Shown one piece after another: positions 18,528 through 28,533 of a stretch of DNA of 54,754 nt (the stretch's first letter is position 1; the number at the start of each line of letters is the position of its first letter). Location of the stretch: IMG/VR virus record IMGVR_UViG_3300024279_000003, positions 1 through 54,754 of that record, one strand, 5' to 3'. Made by a program: the position numbers and the translations under genes. Source of the stretch: a virus. Taxonomy: Duplodnaviria > Caudoviricetes. The notes below the pieces were generated by a model, which was not told where the DNA came from, ran no database searches, and saw only the letters and a program-made list of their open reading frames with translations.

Positions 18528-20075
18528 ATGCCCGACTACACAGACCTATATAATGCTAGTGTTCCTGTTCTTCCTGTAGGAAGAGGATATGACCCACAGT
18601 CATTTCTTCCGGGAAACTTTACACCTCCTACTAATGCTGGTAGTCCTGTTCAACCAACTGGTTCTCCATCAAGTAGGAATAATAGTGCATGGATGTTTGG
18701 GCCTGGAGGCCAACAGATATCAGATATAACTTCAGGTAACTTTAATGCTTGGGATGCTATTGACCCATCTGGAGTTTTATCAGGATTGCTTGGTGGAGGA
18801 AGTAAAGGACCACCTCCATTTCAACCTTATATTAGTAATGGACAAGTTCAATCATTATCTCCCGGTGCAGGAGGACAATATCAGAATCCTACTTCTGTAA
18901 CTAATGTTCCAGGAGCACAGCAACTTTGGTCTAATAATGATATACAGCAGGCCAATCAGATTAAGGTTCTTCAGCAGCTTCTACCTTATTATCTTGATAC
19001 AATAAATAAGGGAAATCTTCAAACTGCACAAGGAAATCTTGGTGTAGCTCAAGCTACTTCTCCCGGATATGCACAGTTAATGACCCAGATTTTTAATCAA
19101 TATGGGCCACAACTTAATGCTATTGGGAATGCAATTAATAGACAGAATGCTTTAGCACAGGCTAATACAGAATCTCAAGTGATGGCAGGTCCTGGGCAAA
19201 ACCTAGTTAAGCAAGCCTATGACCTATCTCAAGTATTTGATAAACCTTACTATGATACTCGTGCTGCTACAGCAGGTAGACTTCAAGATTTACTTGGAAG
19301 TATCAATTTGAATGGTGGATTATCTGATACAGAGAGAAATGAAATTGCTCAGGGATTATCCAGAGAAGGATATGCTCGTGGAACAGCTAATGCTCCATCT
19401 GCCTCTGAAACTGTTGCTAACGCAATGCAATATGGTCAAGCGGGATACCAACGAAGGACACAACAACAATCCTTACTTGGTTCAGCAATTAGCACAGCAT
19501 CTTCATTTCTACCATCATCTAAATCTGGTGTTGATGTATTTCAAGTTGCTACTGGTAGACCTTCAATGCCAAATCAAGGTGCTGCTCAATTTGGTGGTGC
19601 ATCTCAAGGAGTTACTAATCAAGGTAATTCTACAGCAATGGGTATTTCTCAAGGATTACTTGGTGGAATGAATACAATCGGTCAGCAGAATATTGAACAG
19701 AATCTTGGTCAGCAGCAGATTAATCTACAGAAGAAAGATTGGGCTGATTATCTATCTCAAGTTATGGGTTCTGTTGGAAATCTTGCTGGTGGAGTTGCTG
19801 GTGCTGCTCTTTGTTGGATTGCTAGAGAGATTTATGGAGAGCAGAATCCTAAATGGAAGCTATTCAGAACTTGGTTAATAACTAAAGCACCGAAATGGTT
19901 CTTTAAATTCTACATTAAGTTTGGCCCAAGAATTGCTACCTTTATTTCCAATAAACCATTACTGAAAGCAGTAGTCAGAAAATGGATGGATAAACGTATA
20001 TGTCAGCTAAACGAACAGGATATGAAGGATTTCAACACAAGCTCGCTATTGAAGTCTTTGCAGATGATTCTATAG
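18528..20075 (+). CDS. Internal virion (ejection) protein with a C-terminal CFI-box-CTERM-like domain
   Basis: G/Q/N-rich body, glycine-rich hydrophobic end, then CWIAREIYG...FRTWL...FYIKFGPRIATFI. Confidence 0.7.
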   Translation: MPDYTDLYNASVPVLPVGRGYDPQSFLPGNFTPPTNAGSPVQPTGSPSSRNNSAWMFGPGGQQISDITSGNFNAWDAIDPSGVLSGLLGGGSKGPPPFQPYISNGQVQSLSPGAGGQYQNPTSVTNVPGAQQLWSNNDIQQANQIKVLQQLLPYYLDTINKGNLQTAQGNLGVAQATSPGYAQLMTQIFNQYGPQLNAIGNAINRQNALAQANTESQVMAGPGQNLVKQAYDLSQVFDKPYYDTRAATAGRLQDLLGSINLNGGLSDTERNEIAQGLSREGYARGTANAPSASETVANAMQYGQAGYQRRTQQQSLLGSAISTASSFLPSSKSGVDVFQVATGRPSMPNQGAAQFGGASQGVTNQGNSTAMGISQGLLGGMNTIGQQNIEQNLGQQQINLQKKDWADYLSQVMGSVGNLAGGVAGAALCWIAREIYGEQNPKWKLFRTWLITKAPKWFFKFYIKFGPRIATFISNKPLLKAVVRKWMDKRICQLNEQDMKDFNTSSLLKSLQMIL

Positions 20076-20162
20076 AGCTAACAGGAACACCTAACATAAC
20101 ATCACGAGATTTAGTAAATGTCGCATTAAAAATATACAAAGCAGCAATCCAATTAAAAAACT

Positions 20163-21194
20163 ATGAGTTCAAGAGCACTAGCGCAGAGATACCACGGTAA
20201 TGGTGGACCATCATTGGGAACAGGTAGAAATGACCCAGCAAGTAATCCATCTTTGCTATCATCTTTATTTGGACAAGATGCTGTAACTGGTGGAGATTAC
20301 TCAGAGGACCCTTTAGGTGGAGAGGATACTTTCAATCCATATAAAGGTTCAGGAGGTATCTTTGGTGGTCAATCTAGAAGATTGGCAACTCTGCTTAATG
20401 CACAGCGTAATTCTCAGCAGGAAGGTTATAAAGCTGATAAAGATTATGCTAAACTTGCAGGTCAAATTGAACAGGATAGAATGAAATCTGAGGAAGCACT
20501 AAAAGAGAAGTATGCTACTAATGAGACTGTTCAGAAACTCTCTCTAACTCATGATGTTCATCCTGATGAAATTCTATCTGGTGCTCTTCGTGATAGTATG
20601 ACTGCGGGTGCAAATATAACTCAAATGCGCCGTAATAATGCTATTGCTAGACCTGAAGCTCAACCTGCATTTAATACTGGTGCTGATTATGCTGCTTCTG
20701 GTATTAATCCTAATACACTTAGAACTGCTCCTCCAGGTGGTATTTCTGCATTTCCAATGCCTGCTGGCGGAATGGGGACTTTAACTGGTTCTGTTCCTAC
20801 ACAAGAGACACAACTTATTCCTGACCCTGTAACTGGAATGTTACATACTCTAAATAGGCAAGCAAATACTCCTGCTGGAATGAGATTACCTGTTAATCCT
20901 TTACAGTATGACCAAGCATCTCAAATGCCTCCTCCTAGTGGACCAAATCCTAATCTTCCTGCTGGTGCTGGAATAGCTGCTAATCCTGGTTTACCTCAAG
21001 ATAATCCTATGGCTGGACCTTTGGATGGAAGAGGTAATATTGCACCTGTTCCTGCTGATAGACAAAATCAAGATGGAATCTATTCTCCTCAACAAATGCA
21101 AGAAGGACAAGGATTTGCTGATTGGTATAATAAATTTATATCATTGTTAGGTCAAGGTGGACAAACTGGTTCATTTGGTGGTCAACGATTCTAA
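20163..21194 (+). CDS. Internal virion (ejection) protein
   Basis: G/P/Q-rich with a coiled coil; middle gene of the typical three-gene podovirus ejection block. Confidence 0.6.
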   Translation: MSSRALAQRYHGNGGPSLGTGRNDPASNPSLLSSLFGQDAVTGGDYSEDPLGGEDTFNPYKGSGGIFGGQSRRLATLLNAQRNSQQEGYKADKDYAKLAGQIEQDRMKSEEALKEKYATNETVQKLSLTHDVHPDEILSGALRDSMTAGANITQMRRNNAIARPEAQPAFNTGADYAASGINPNTLRTAPPGGISAFPMPAGGMGTLTGSVPTQETQLIPDPVTGMLHTLNRQANTPAGMRLPVNPLQYDQASQMPPPSGPNPNLPAGAGIAANPGLPQDNPMAGPLDGRGNIAPVPADRQNQDGIYSPQQMQEGQGFADWYNKFISLLGQGGQTGSFGGQRF

Positions 21195-21196
21195 TC

Positions 21197-24100
21197 ATGC
21201 CACTTCAAGATTATCAAAAAGATTGGCTCATTAAACAGAATGGGCTTGACCCATCTCAATATACTTTGGATGATAATGAAGAGAATATTATTCCAAAGCC
21301 ATCTAAGAATCAGCCATCTCTAGGCAATACACCGTATGAACCTAAGCTTCTAGCAAATCCTGGATTTACTGGACTTAAATCTGGTAATCAGAATTCAGCA
21401 TTAGAAACATTTGTTAAATCATTTGCTGAATCTGCACTTCCTACAATGGCTGGTGGTGCTGGAGCAGGAATAGCTACAGCAGAAATGAATCCTCTAGCAC
21501 ATGTATTACCTCCTTGGTCTGAAATAGGATTTGGAGTTGGTGGAGCATTAGTTGGAAGTGCTTTAGGTAGAGGTGTTCAACATGCTATAGAACCTGAAGC
21601 ATGGCAACAAAATGTAGCACAAGCACAAGCTGAGAATCCTAAATCAGCTATTGCAGGTTCGCTTGCCACATTACCTCTAGGTGGATTAGACCCTAATTTA
21701 GGAAATATTGGTTCGGCGGTAAGAGCTTTACCTAAACTTGCTACTGGATTACCTGCTACTTCAGAAGAGATTGCTAATCTAGCTAATGTTGGAATTGGTG
21801 CTGGATTAGGTGCTGGACAACCTTTAGCTGAATATGCAATGTCACCTGAAGGAACACCATTTCCTACTTCGCAAGTTGTAGGTGGTGCATTAGGTGGTGC
21901 TATATTTAATGACCCAAATAAGCTTGGTCAAAAGCTCTATGGTTTTCATCCTAATGTTACTCCACAAGATGAATTCTCTAGAGAGATGCTTCGCAAGAAT
22001 GCGAAAGGAAAAGCTAGAACTCCTGCTCAAATTGAAGATGCTGAAGAAGTATCTGCTACTCCTGGATTTACAACTCAATCTGGAATGCAAGGTCCAGAGT
22101 ATACTCCACCTGCTCAATTAGGCTATCAAGAACCTACTCAACTTCCTGAAGTATCTGAATCTACTGCAAGAGCACAAAGAAGTGCAGATATAAGACAGAA
22201 GATAGAGTCTATCTATGCTAAACAGCAAAGAAGGCATGAATTTGACCTTGCTAAACAAGAGAAAGCTACTCAAGATTTACAAGAGCAAGTTGATGATTTA
22301 AGTTCACAATTACAAGCTTCTCAATTAGCTGGCCCCGAACAGCGTCCTACAAAAGTAGAGACTAATCCAACTGTCCTCGAAGCACAAGCAAGAGCAAAAG
22401 AAGAAGAGATTGCAAATATGCCTTCAGACCTTGAAGAACGTAGAACTGAAGCTCAACTTGCTGGAGAAGAAAGACCTAAATATTCTGAACCATCTGTTCT
22501 TACACCTCAACAGGAAGCTACTTCAAAGAATCTGGAGATGGAGGGATTCTCTGGTGAACTAACTCCAGCATGGTTAAGATTTGCACAGAAATTGGGAACT
22601 CTTAGAAATATCAAAGTTCTAGAGGATGGTTCAATCGTAAATACAGATACAGGTAAACCTGTTGCTGGAAGCACTGTAGCAAGGCAAGGTCTAAATGAAG
22701 TCATTACTAAGATTAATCCTGCTATGGCTGGAGCAGATACTCCAGTGCATGAAGAGTTTCATTCGTTCATTAACGATATGCGTCAATCGCCTAGAGCCAG
22801 AGACCAAACTCTTGCTAATAAGTATGATAATCTTGTATCTACTCACCCTGATTATCTTGCTTGGAAAGCTGCTCGTGAAGCTAAAGGATTAAACTCTACT
22901 GTAGAAGAATTCCAAGCCACTAATGCTGGAATGGAGTCTGTTAATCGTGCTATTGCTAATGAAGGTCCGTGGAAGAAATGGTGGAAAGATTTTTCTGCAT
23001 ATTCTAAAACTCGTTTTGGTGAACATGGAACTCTTGAAGATTTTCAGAGAGTCATGCACTATAAGTTACTTCATGACCCCGAATTCTCAAAAGTGTTTGG
23101 CGGACAACAATCTACTGTTGGGGTAGGTGGTGCTATTTCTAATGCTGAAGATAGCAATCTTAAAAACCAAGATAGATTATTTGCTAAAAATGCTCTTATT
23201 GGTGATATAAGTGGTGGAGAAGTTCATGGCCATGTATCTTCTGGTTTAATGGAGTCTCATGGAATGACAGGATTAAATGGTGGAAGTGGTTGGAGATATA
23301 GACCAGATACTAATAGGGTTTATTGGAATCACCCACCAACTCCAGATGAAAAAATTGCTGTAGAAAATTGGCTTGCTAAGAAAAATATAGAAAATCCTAC
23401 ACATACTAGCATAGATAATTGGACTAACTATAAACCCGATTTTAGATATGCCGAGGAATCCAATCTCAAACCTAAAACAGATTACGAAAGATATCACGAA
23501 GTGCAAGCAGAGATGCGTAGAGCATTTAATGCTGGAGATAATGAAGCTCTACATAAAGCATTCCAAGAGAATGAGGATATTAAGAGTAAATACAATGGAA
23601 TGCCTCCTACTAAGGAGACTGATATTGAGGAAGCATTAAAGAGGGCTAGGCCACCATCTCAGAGATATTCTGAATCCTCCAATCTAATCTCTCCCAAAGA
23701 CCCAGAGATAATTGACCTTCTAGATAAAGCTAGAAAGTTATCTGATGTAGCTGAACTTGAACCTGAAGATGCTGCAAAAATTCATGCTATTCTAACACAG
23801 AAAGTTAACTGGCCTAAGAATTCTGAAGTTGCTAGAAGTTTAGCACGTAAAGACTTTGACCCAATGGACCCTGACCACTGGGAAGATTTAAATAAACTCT
23901 ACAATGCAGAACAATTCCAATATGAAAACGAAAACGAAAAGCCAAAAGAAAAGAGTCCTAAAAAGAGTGTTCAAGCCAAAGAAGAAGCTCCAGCTCCACA
24001 AAAGAAAGTAACTGCTCCTTCAAAAGAGGAAGTTACTACTCATCCTGAACCTGTTAAAGTTTCTAAAGCACCAGCAAAATCTCCTGGGTTAGAGAAGGCA

Positions 24101-27100
24101 GTAGTTCAAGGTATTGAGGAAAAGCCCTATACTGTATCTAGTAATGAAGAACGGTATAGGAAAGATATGCCTTCTAAGCAGGAAGCTAAGAATAGAGAGC
24201 TATCTGCTGAAGCAATTAAGGAAGGGACAGATTCTCTCGAAAATCAGAATGCAGCAAGAGCATGGTCTAATGCACTTAGAAAGATGTATTTCGATGCTCA
24301 GGAAAAGAAAGACTCTGCTACAAATCCAACTGATAGAGATTATCAAGCTGCTCGGCAAATGCATATTAGGTCAGAGCTATATCATATTGGTAGAAAATGG
24401 AACATTGAGACACACACTGAAGATTTGCCTAAATACTCAGAAGAAAGCAATCTTAGACCTGATAAGGCTAGAGATTTGTATGAGGAAGCAACTAAAGGTG
24501 GATACGATTTATTTAAGAAGAAGGTTGGTATTGTTGAGGAGTTAATTCAGAGATACAAAGATAGAGGATATGGAGAATTAGATTATAATGCTGCTCAACA
24601 GATTTTAGAAAATCCTAATGTTGATTATCATAAATTTGTAGCTCATGAAGTTGGAGATTTAGATTTTAATGATATTAGAGATAGATATGATAAAGCTAAG
24701 AGTGCTTATGATACCAATCGTAAACAGCTTTCCTCTATGCTGCATATCATTGGTCCAGGAATGGAAAAAGAGAATATCAAAAACCAAGAAGAATCTACAC
24801 TTGCTTCCGGTGATGAACCAAGGTTGAATTGGCGCAGAGCGTCCTTTGAAGAAGATTTGCGGTCACATGATTTACCATATACCTCTATAGGTATTACAAG
24901 AACACTTCTAGACCAGATTATTCAGAAGCATGGTCCAGAAGGACAAGCTTTCTCTGATGCATATAATAGATATGCCACAGATAAGGATTCCATGTATGGT
25001 AAATATATGGCTCCAATTCTCAAAGCTGCGAAAGGAATGTCTCCTGGTGATTTGAATAAGGTAGAGAATATCAGGATTCTTGCTCGCAGAAGAGGAGAGG
25101 ATATGTCTCATCTTCTGACTGATAGACAGAAAAATCTATATGACACTATTGGTGATTCAATGCATCAATGGCAGCAAGACCAAATTGATGCTAATCAACC
25201 TGTATCTGTAATGACTCCTAGTGGTGCATATGAGAAACAGCTTCCTACAGTAGATGAATTCTATCATCCAAATAGACCATCTCCACAAGCTATAGAGATT
25301 CTAACAGAGAGACCAAACTCTAATGCAGCTAGAGATTTGAGAAATGATTTTATCAATCTTCAAGTTAGAAATGGCAAGACTCCAGAGCTTGCTAATAAGA
25401 TGCTTGATAGCATGATTAAATCATATGACCAAGGAGATGCAAATCTAAATAGATTTAGAGAAGTTAGAGCCGCTGATAAAACTCAACTTCCAGACTCATG
25501 GATGAGAAATGATTTACTCAAGAATTTGAATGGATTCTTTAATAGAGTTGCTTCTGATAGGTCATTTCATGATAACTTCGAAACTAATCCAGATGTTGCT
25601 AAATCCATAGGAATTGAGAAAGACCCTTGGGGAGAAAGATATGCTGGTAGAGGTCATGTTGGAGATTTACAAGGTTCTACTCCAGTTCAAAATGCTCTTG
25701 AGAAAATCTATGGTGAACCGTTCGATAAAGATGAGTCAAATCTCAAACTTGCGAACCGTATCGCCACAGCTTTATTTCTTGGCCCGTTAACAAATATTCA
25801 TATCGCGGCAAGCTCTGTTGCTAATGCTTTACAGTATATGCATCCTACAGAGATAGTTCCAGCGATGACAAAAGCTTTAACAAATATTACCTCTGGATAT
25901 GAGAAAGCTCTCACACAAGGATATGCAAGACAGAATCTTAGTAAATTCTCTGATATTCTTGATGTTAACAATACGGCACACGAAAGATGGGCAGCACTCG
26001 GTAATCAAATCGCAAAGATTAATGGAAGAGATGCCACTAACGCATTCACAAAAGGATTCCTACAGAACATAGGTGATTGGGTTATCAAATCAAAGATGAT
26101 AGCTGCTGAAGCTGGAGATAGAGATGCTATCAATTTACTGAAACATGTTAATCCAGATTGGGAAGCTGGAAGAACATTTACTCCTGAAGAGATAGATAAG
26201 ATGGCATCTTCATTTGCTGGAATGATTCATGGAACACATGACCCAAGAACTCTTCCCGGCTGGATGCTAAAAGATACGGCCATACAGCCATTCTTTCAAT
26301 TAGCATCTTGGAATATAGCACAGACTAATGCATGGATGCGTCACGTATGGACTCCTGCCAAAAACGGTAATCTTACACCGTTCCTTATGTCAACTTTAGG
26401 TGCTGTTGGAGGTGGATATGCTATCTCAAAGTTGAGAGAGTTGATTGGAGATAAGAAAGGTCCAATACCATCTATTTCTGAGATTATCAATTCATCGAAG
26501 GGATTAGAGGGTAATGTTCCTCTAGATGCCTACAAAGCTATGGCACTTGCATCTTATGTTGGATATGGTGGTATTCTATCTACTGCCGCTAAAGCAGTTG
26601 GAGATATTGCATTTAAGAATATACCTCAAAGTGCAACCTTTCCACTTGATGAAGTTATCTCTACATTAGCACATCGTCCAATGCAAGCTATTGGTGCAAT
26701 GATAAATGACCCCAATATCAAATCAATGGATGATTATGCTAGAGTAGTTGGAAAACTAGCTACAGATTTAGTCAAGGAGAATATTCAATTTGGAAGAATT
26801 GCTACCTCTTGGCTAGCTAGGAATCCAGACATTCTCAAGAATGAGAACTACTACAAGGAATTGAATCAGAAAACATCTGAATTGAGAAGATTCAAGATGG
26901 TTGAAGGATTGCCTTATGATGCTCAAACAGCTTCTACTGGTAATCCATATATGGACCTAGGTATTAAGCAATTCAAGCATACACAGGATTTAGGAGAAGC
27001 TGCTAAGGAAGCTGGAGGATTAGTTAGAGGTGCTATAGACCAATCTCAAGGTAATCCAGATATTATGCGTGCTAAGCTTCATAAACTCAATGCTAATGTC

Positions 27101-27265
27101 TATGAAACTATGCCTGACCCTGATACAGCACCACTGATGTTTAAGAAGTATAGAGACTTCCTTCTAAAAGAAGTAGGCCCGGAAGAGACAAATAATCTAA
27201 TCCGGGACTATTATATCAAGAAAGCTTTTAATTCTGCTAAGTCACAGATGATTCCGACAGTGTAA
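21197..27265 (+). CDS. Large internal virion / polyvalent protein with a zincin metallopeptidase motif
   Basis: 2022 aa; glycine-zipper hydrophobic N-terminus; DTPVHEEFH (HExxH); repeated linker motifs; helical C-terminal domain. Confidence 0.8.
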   Translation: MPLQDYQKDWLIKQNGLDPSQYTLDDNEENIIPKPSKNQPSLGNTPYEPKLLANPGFTGLKSGNQNSALETFVKSFAESALPTMAGGAGAGIATAEMNPLAHVLPPWSEIGFGVGGALVGSALGRGVQHAIEPEAWQQNVAQAQAENPKSAIAGSLATLPLGGLDPNLGNIGSAVRALPKLATGLPATSEEIANLANVGIGAGLGAGQPLAEYAMSPEGTPFPTSQVVGGALGGAIFNDPNKLGQKLYGFHPNVTPQDEFSREMLRKNAKGKARTPAQIEDAEEVSATPGFTTQSGMQGPEYTPPAQLGYQEPTQLPEVSESTARAQRSADIRQKIESIYAKQQRRHEFDLAKQEKATQDLQEQVDDLSSQLQASQLAGPEQRPTKVETNPTVLEAQARAKEEEIANMPSDLEERRTEAQLAGEERPKYSEPSVLTPQQEATSKNLEMEGFSGELTPAWLRFAQKLGTLRNIKVLEDGSIVNTDTGKPVAGSTVARQGLNEVITKINPAMAGADTPVHEEFHSFINDMRQSPRARDQTLANKYDNLVSTHPDYLAWKAAREAKGLNSTVEEFQATNAGMESVNRAIANEGPWKKWWKDFSAYSKTRFGEHGTLEDFQRVMHYKLLHDPEFSKVFGGQQSTVGVGGAISNAEDSNLKNQDRLFAKNALIGDISGGEVHGHVSSGLMESHGMTGLNGGSGWRYRPDTNRVYWNHPPTPDEKIAVENWLAKKNIENPTHTSIDNWTNYKPDFRYAEESNLKPKTDYERYHEVQAEMRRAFNAGDNEALHKAFQENEDIKSKYNGMPPTKETDIEEALKRARPPSQRYSESSNLISPKDPEIIDLLDKARKLSDVAELEPEDAAKIHAILTQKVNWPKNSEVARSLARKDFDPMDPDHWEDLNKLYNAEQFQYENENEKPKEKSPKKSVQAKEEAPAPQKKVTAPSKEEVTTHPEPVKVSKAPAKSPGLEKAVVQGIEEKPYTVSSNEERYRKDMPSKQEAKNRELSAEAIKEGTDSLENQNAARAWSNALRKMYFDAQEKKDSATNPTDRDYQAARQMHIRSELYHIGRKWNIETHTEDLPKYSEESNLRPDKARDLYEEATKGGYDLFKKKVGIVEELIQRYKDRGYGELDYNAAQQILENPNVDYHKFVAHEVGDLDFNDIRDRYDKAKSAYDTNRKQLSSMLHIIGPGMEKENIKNQEESTLASGDEPRLNWRRASFEEDLRSHDLPYTSIGITRTLLDQIIQKHGPEGQAFSDAYNRYATDKDSMYGKYMAPILKAAKGMSPGDLNKVENIRILARRRGEDMSHLLTDRQKNLYDTIGDSMHQWQQDQIDANQPVSVMTPSGAYEKQLPTVDEFYHPNRPSPQAIEILTERPNSNAARDLRNDFINLQVRNGKTPELANKMLDSMIKSYDQGDANLNRFREVRAADKTQLPDSWMRNDLLKNLNGFFNRVASDRSFHDNFETNPDVAKSIGIEKDPWGERYAGRGHVGDLQGSTPVQNALEKIYGEPFDKDESNLKLANRIATALFLGPLTNIHIAASSVANALQYMHPTEIVPAMTKALTNITSGYEKALTQGYARQNLSKFSDILDVNNTAHERWAALGNQIAKINGRDATNAFTKGFLQNIGDWVIKSKMIAAEAGDRDAINLLKHVNPDWEAGRTFTPEEIDKMASSFAGMIHGTHDPRTLPGWMLKDTAIQPFFQLASWNIAQTNAWMRHVWTPAKNGNLTPFLMSTLGAVGGGYAISKLRELIGDKKGPIPSISEIINSSKGLEGNVPLDAYKAMALASYVGYGGILSTAAKAVGDIAFKNIPQSATFPLDEVISTLAHRPMQAIGAMINDPNIKSMDDYARVVGKLATDLVKENIQFGRIATSWLARNPDILKNENYYKELNQKTSELRRFKMVEGLPYDAQTASTGNPYMDLGIKQFKHTQDLGEAAKEAGGLVRGAIDQSQGNPDIMRAKLHKLNANVYETMPDPDTAPLMFKKYRDFLLKEVGPEETNNLIRDYYIKKAFNSAKSQMIPTV

Positions 27266-27938
27266 ATTTGAATTTCTCGTAGGCTTCCATTGTCCAAGGA
27301 AATAGCTCACTACAAATTGATTTGATTGCTTTGCCATACACCTGTATCTCTGCTTGAGCATGTGCATCTTCTCTAAGAGTGATAAAGTGTAATAAATTCT
27401 TCATATCCCAACAAGCATATATTTCAGTATATATGCCTACAGGTAAAATGAATCTGGCCATCTCCCTTGCTACTCCCTTAGATAGTAATTCTTCGTAAAT
27501 ATAGTAGCAATATTGATATGCTGCACTGAGTATTGTAGAGTTTTCTGTGTTCCATCCATAATCATCTTTAAGAGGAACTGACCCCTGTTTGTTTTTATCG
27601 TCTTGTTTTCTCCAAACAGATGGAACATAGAACTCATTCGATAATTCAGTATATCTTGCTGAAACCTCATTGAGATTCTGCATTCTATGTCTGACGTATT
27701 GGCGCATCACAACTATAGGTAGCTTAATGTTCAATGTAACTTTAAGCATCTCGAATGGTGATGTATGCTTATTCTTCCAAAGATATTGAATTAGCTTCCT
27801 ATCAGATTCTTCACCTTTAGAGGCAGATTTATAAGATATACGTGCTGCTTCACATACTCTTAAATCTGTTCCCATATGGTCAATATATCTGACATATCCG
27901 TGGTCCAGAACTGGTATTGTGTATCCTTTTTCTAGCAT
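27237..27938 (-). CDS. thyX: FAD-dependent thymidylate synthase
   Basis: AARISY, HTSPFE, RQYVRHR..NLNEVSARY, AREMARFILP, NLLHFITLR..HAQ.EI. Confidence 0.97.
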   Translation of the reverse strand: MLEKGYTIPVLDHGYVRYIDHMGTDLRVCEAARISYKSASKGEESDRKLIQYLWKNKHTSPFEMLKVTLNIKLPIVVMRQYVRHRMQNLNEVSARYTELSNEFYVPSVWRKQDDKNKQGSVPLKDDYGWNTENSTILSAAYQYCYYIYEELLSKGVAREMARFILPVGIYTEIYACWDMKNLLHFITLREDAHAQAEIQVYGKAIKSICSELFPWTMEAYEKFKFTLSESSVT

Positions 27939-27956
27939 GTTTATTTGGTTGTTGAG

Positions 27957-28331
27957 TTATTTAGCCGACGGAAGTTCTACAATTATATCCTTAGAAGAGG
28001 AATTTGAGATTGTAAGTCTCATTACGTTGTTTGTTATTATCTGATATCTATAGGTGAAGGTCTTTCCAGAATCATCTATCTCAGCGATAAAGACATTATC
28101 TGGGTCAAAGTAGCAAATAAGAGGTTGCTTGTTTGTATATGGATAAGGATATAATCCTATACCAACTCTGTTAGAATAAGCTGTAGAATAGCCTGCTATA
28201 ATTTTCCAGCGTTGAGTTGGAAGCATAGGAGGAGGTTTAGATAATTCATTCTTAATATGATTATTAGTTACAATCATGGCCACTATTATGAATGGTAGAA
28301 TGTAAGCTACTGCTTTTTGGTAGGGGTTCAT
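27957..28331 (-). CDS. N-terminally membrane-anchored hypothetical protein
   Basis: Hydrophobic helix at residues 7-21. Confidence 0.6.
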   Translation of the reverse strand: MNPYQKAVAYILPFIIVAMIVTNNHIKNELSKPPPMLPTQRWKIIAGYSTAYSNRVGIGLYPYPYTNKQPLICYFDPDNVFIAEIDDSGKTFTYRYQIITNNVMRLTISNSSSKDIIVELPSAK

Positions 28332-28533
28332 ATATATCTCTAGGTTGAGTTAGTATGTCTAACTGGTAGGGTTTATAGAGAGTTCTGTGAAATTTCGGCT
28401 GTCTTGAGTCGGTTTTACTCTAAAAGTGGCCTATAAGTCAATCTGAGCACACTATTCACGTTGTGGGGTGAGCCATAACTGACAATAGGCTGGCAAAGAA
28501 TTTTTCATTTTCATCTCAAAGATGAGTTAATAG

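Noticed and set aside
21197-27265. Virion RNA polymerase (N4- or crAss-like)
   Set aside because: No convincing DxDGD/DFDID or T7-like polymerase motifs were seen. DFDPMDPD does not fit.
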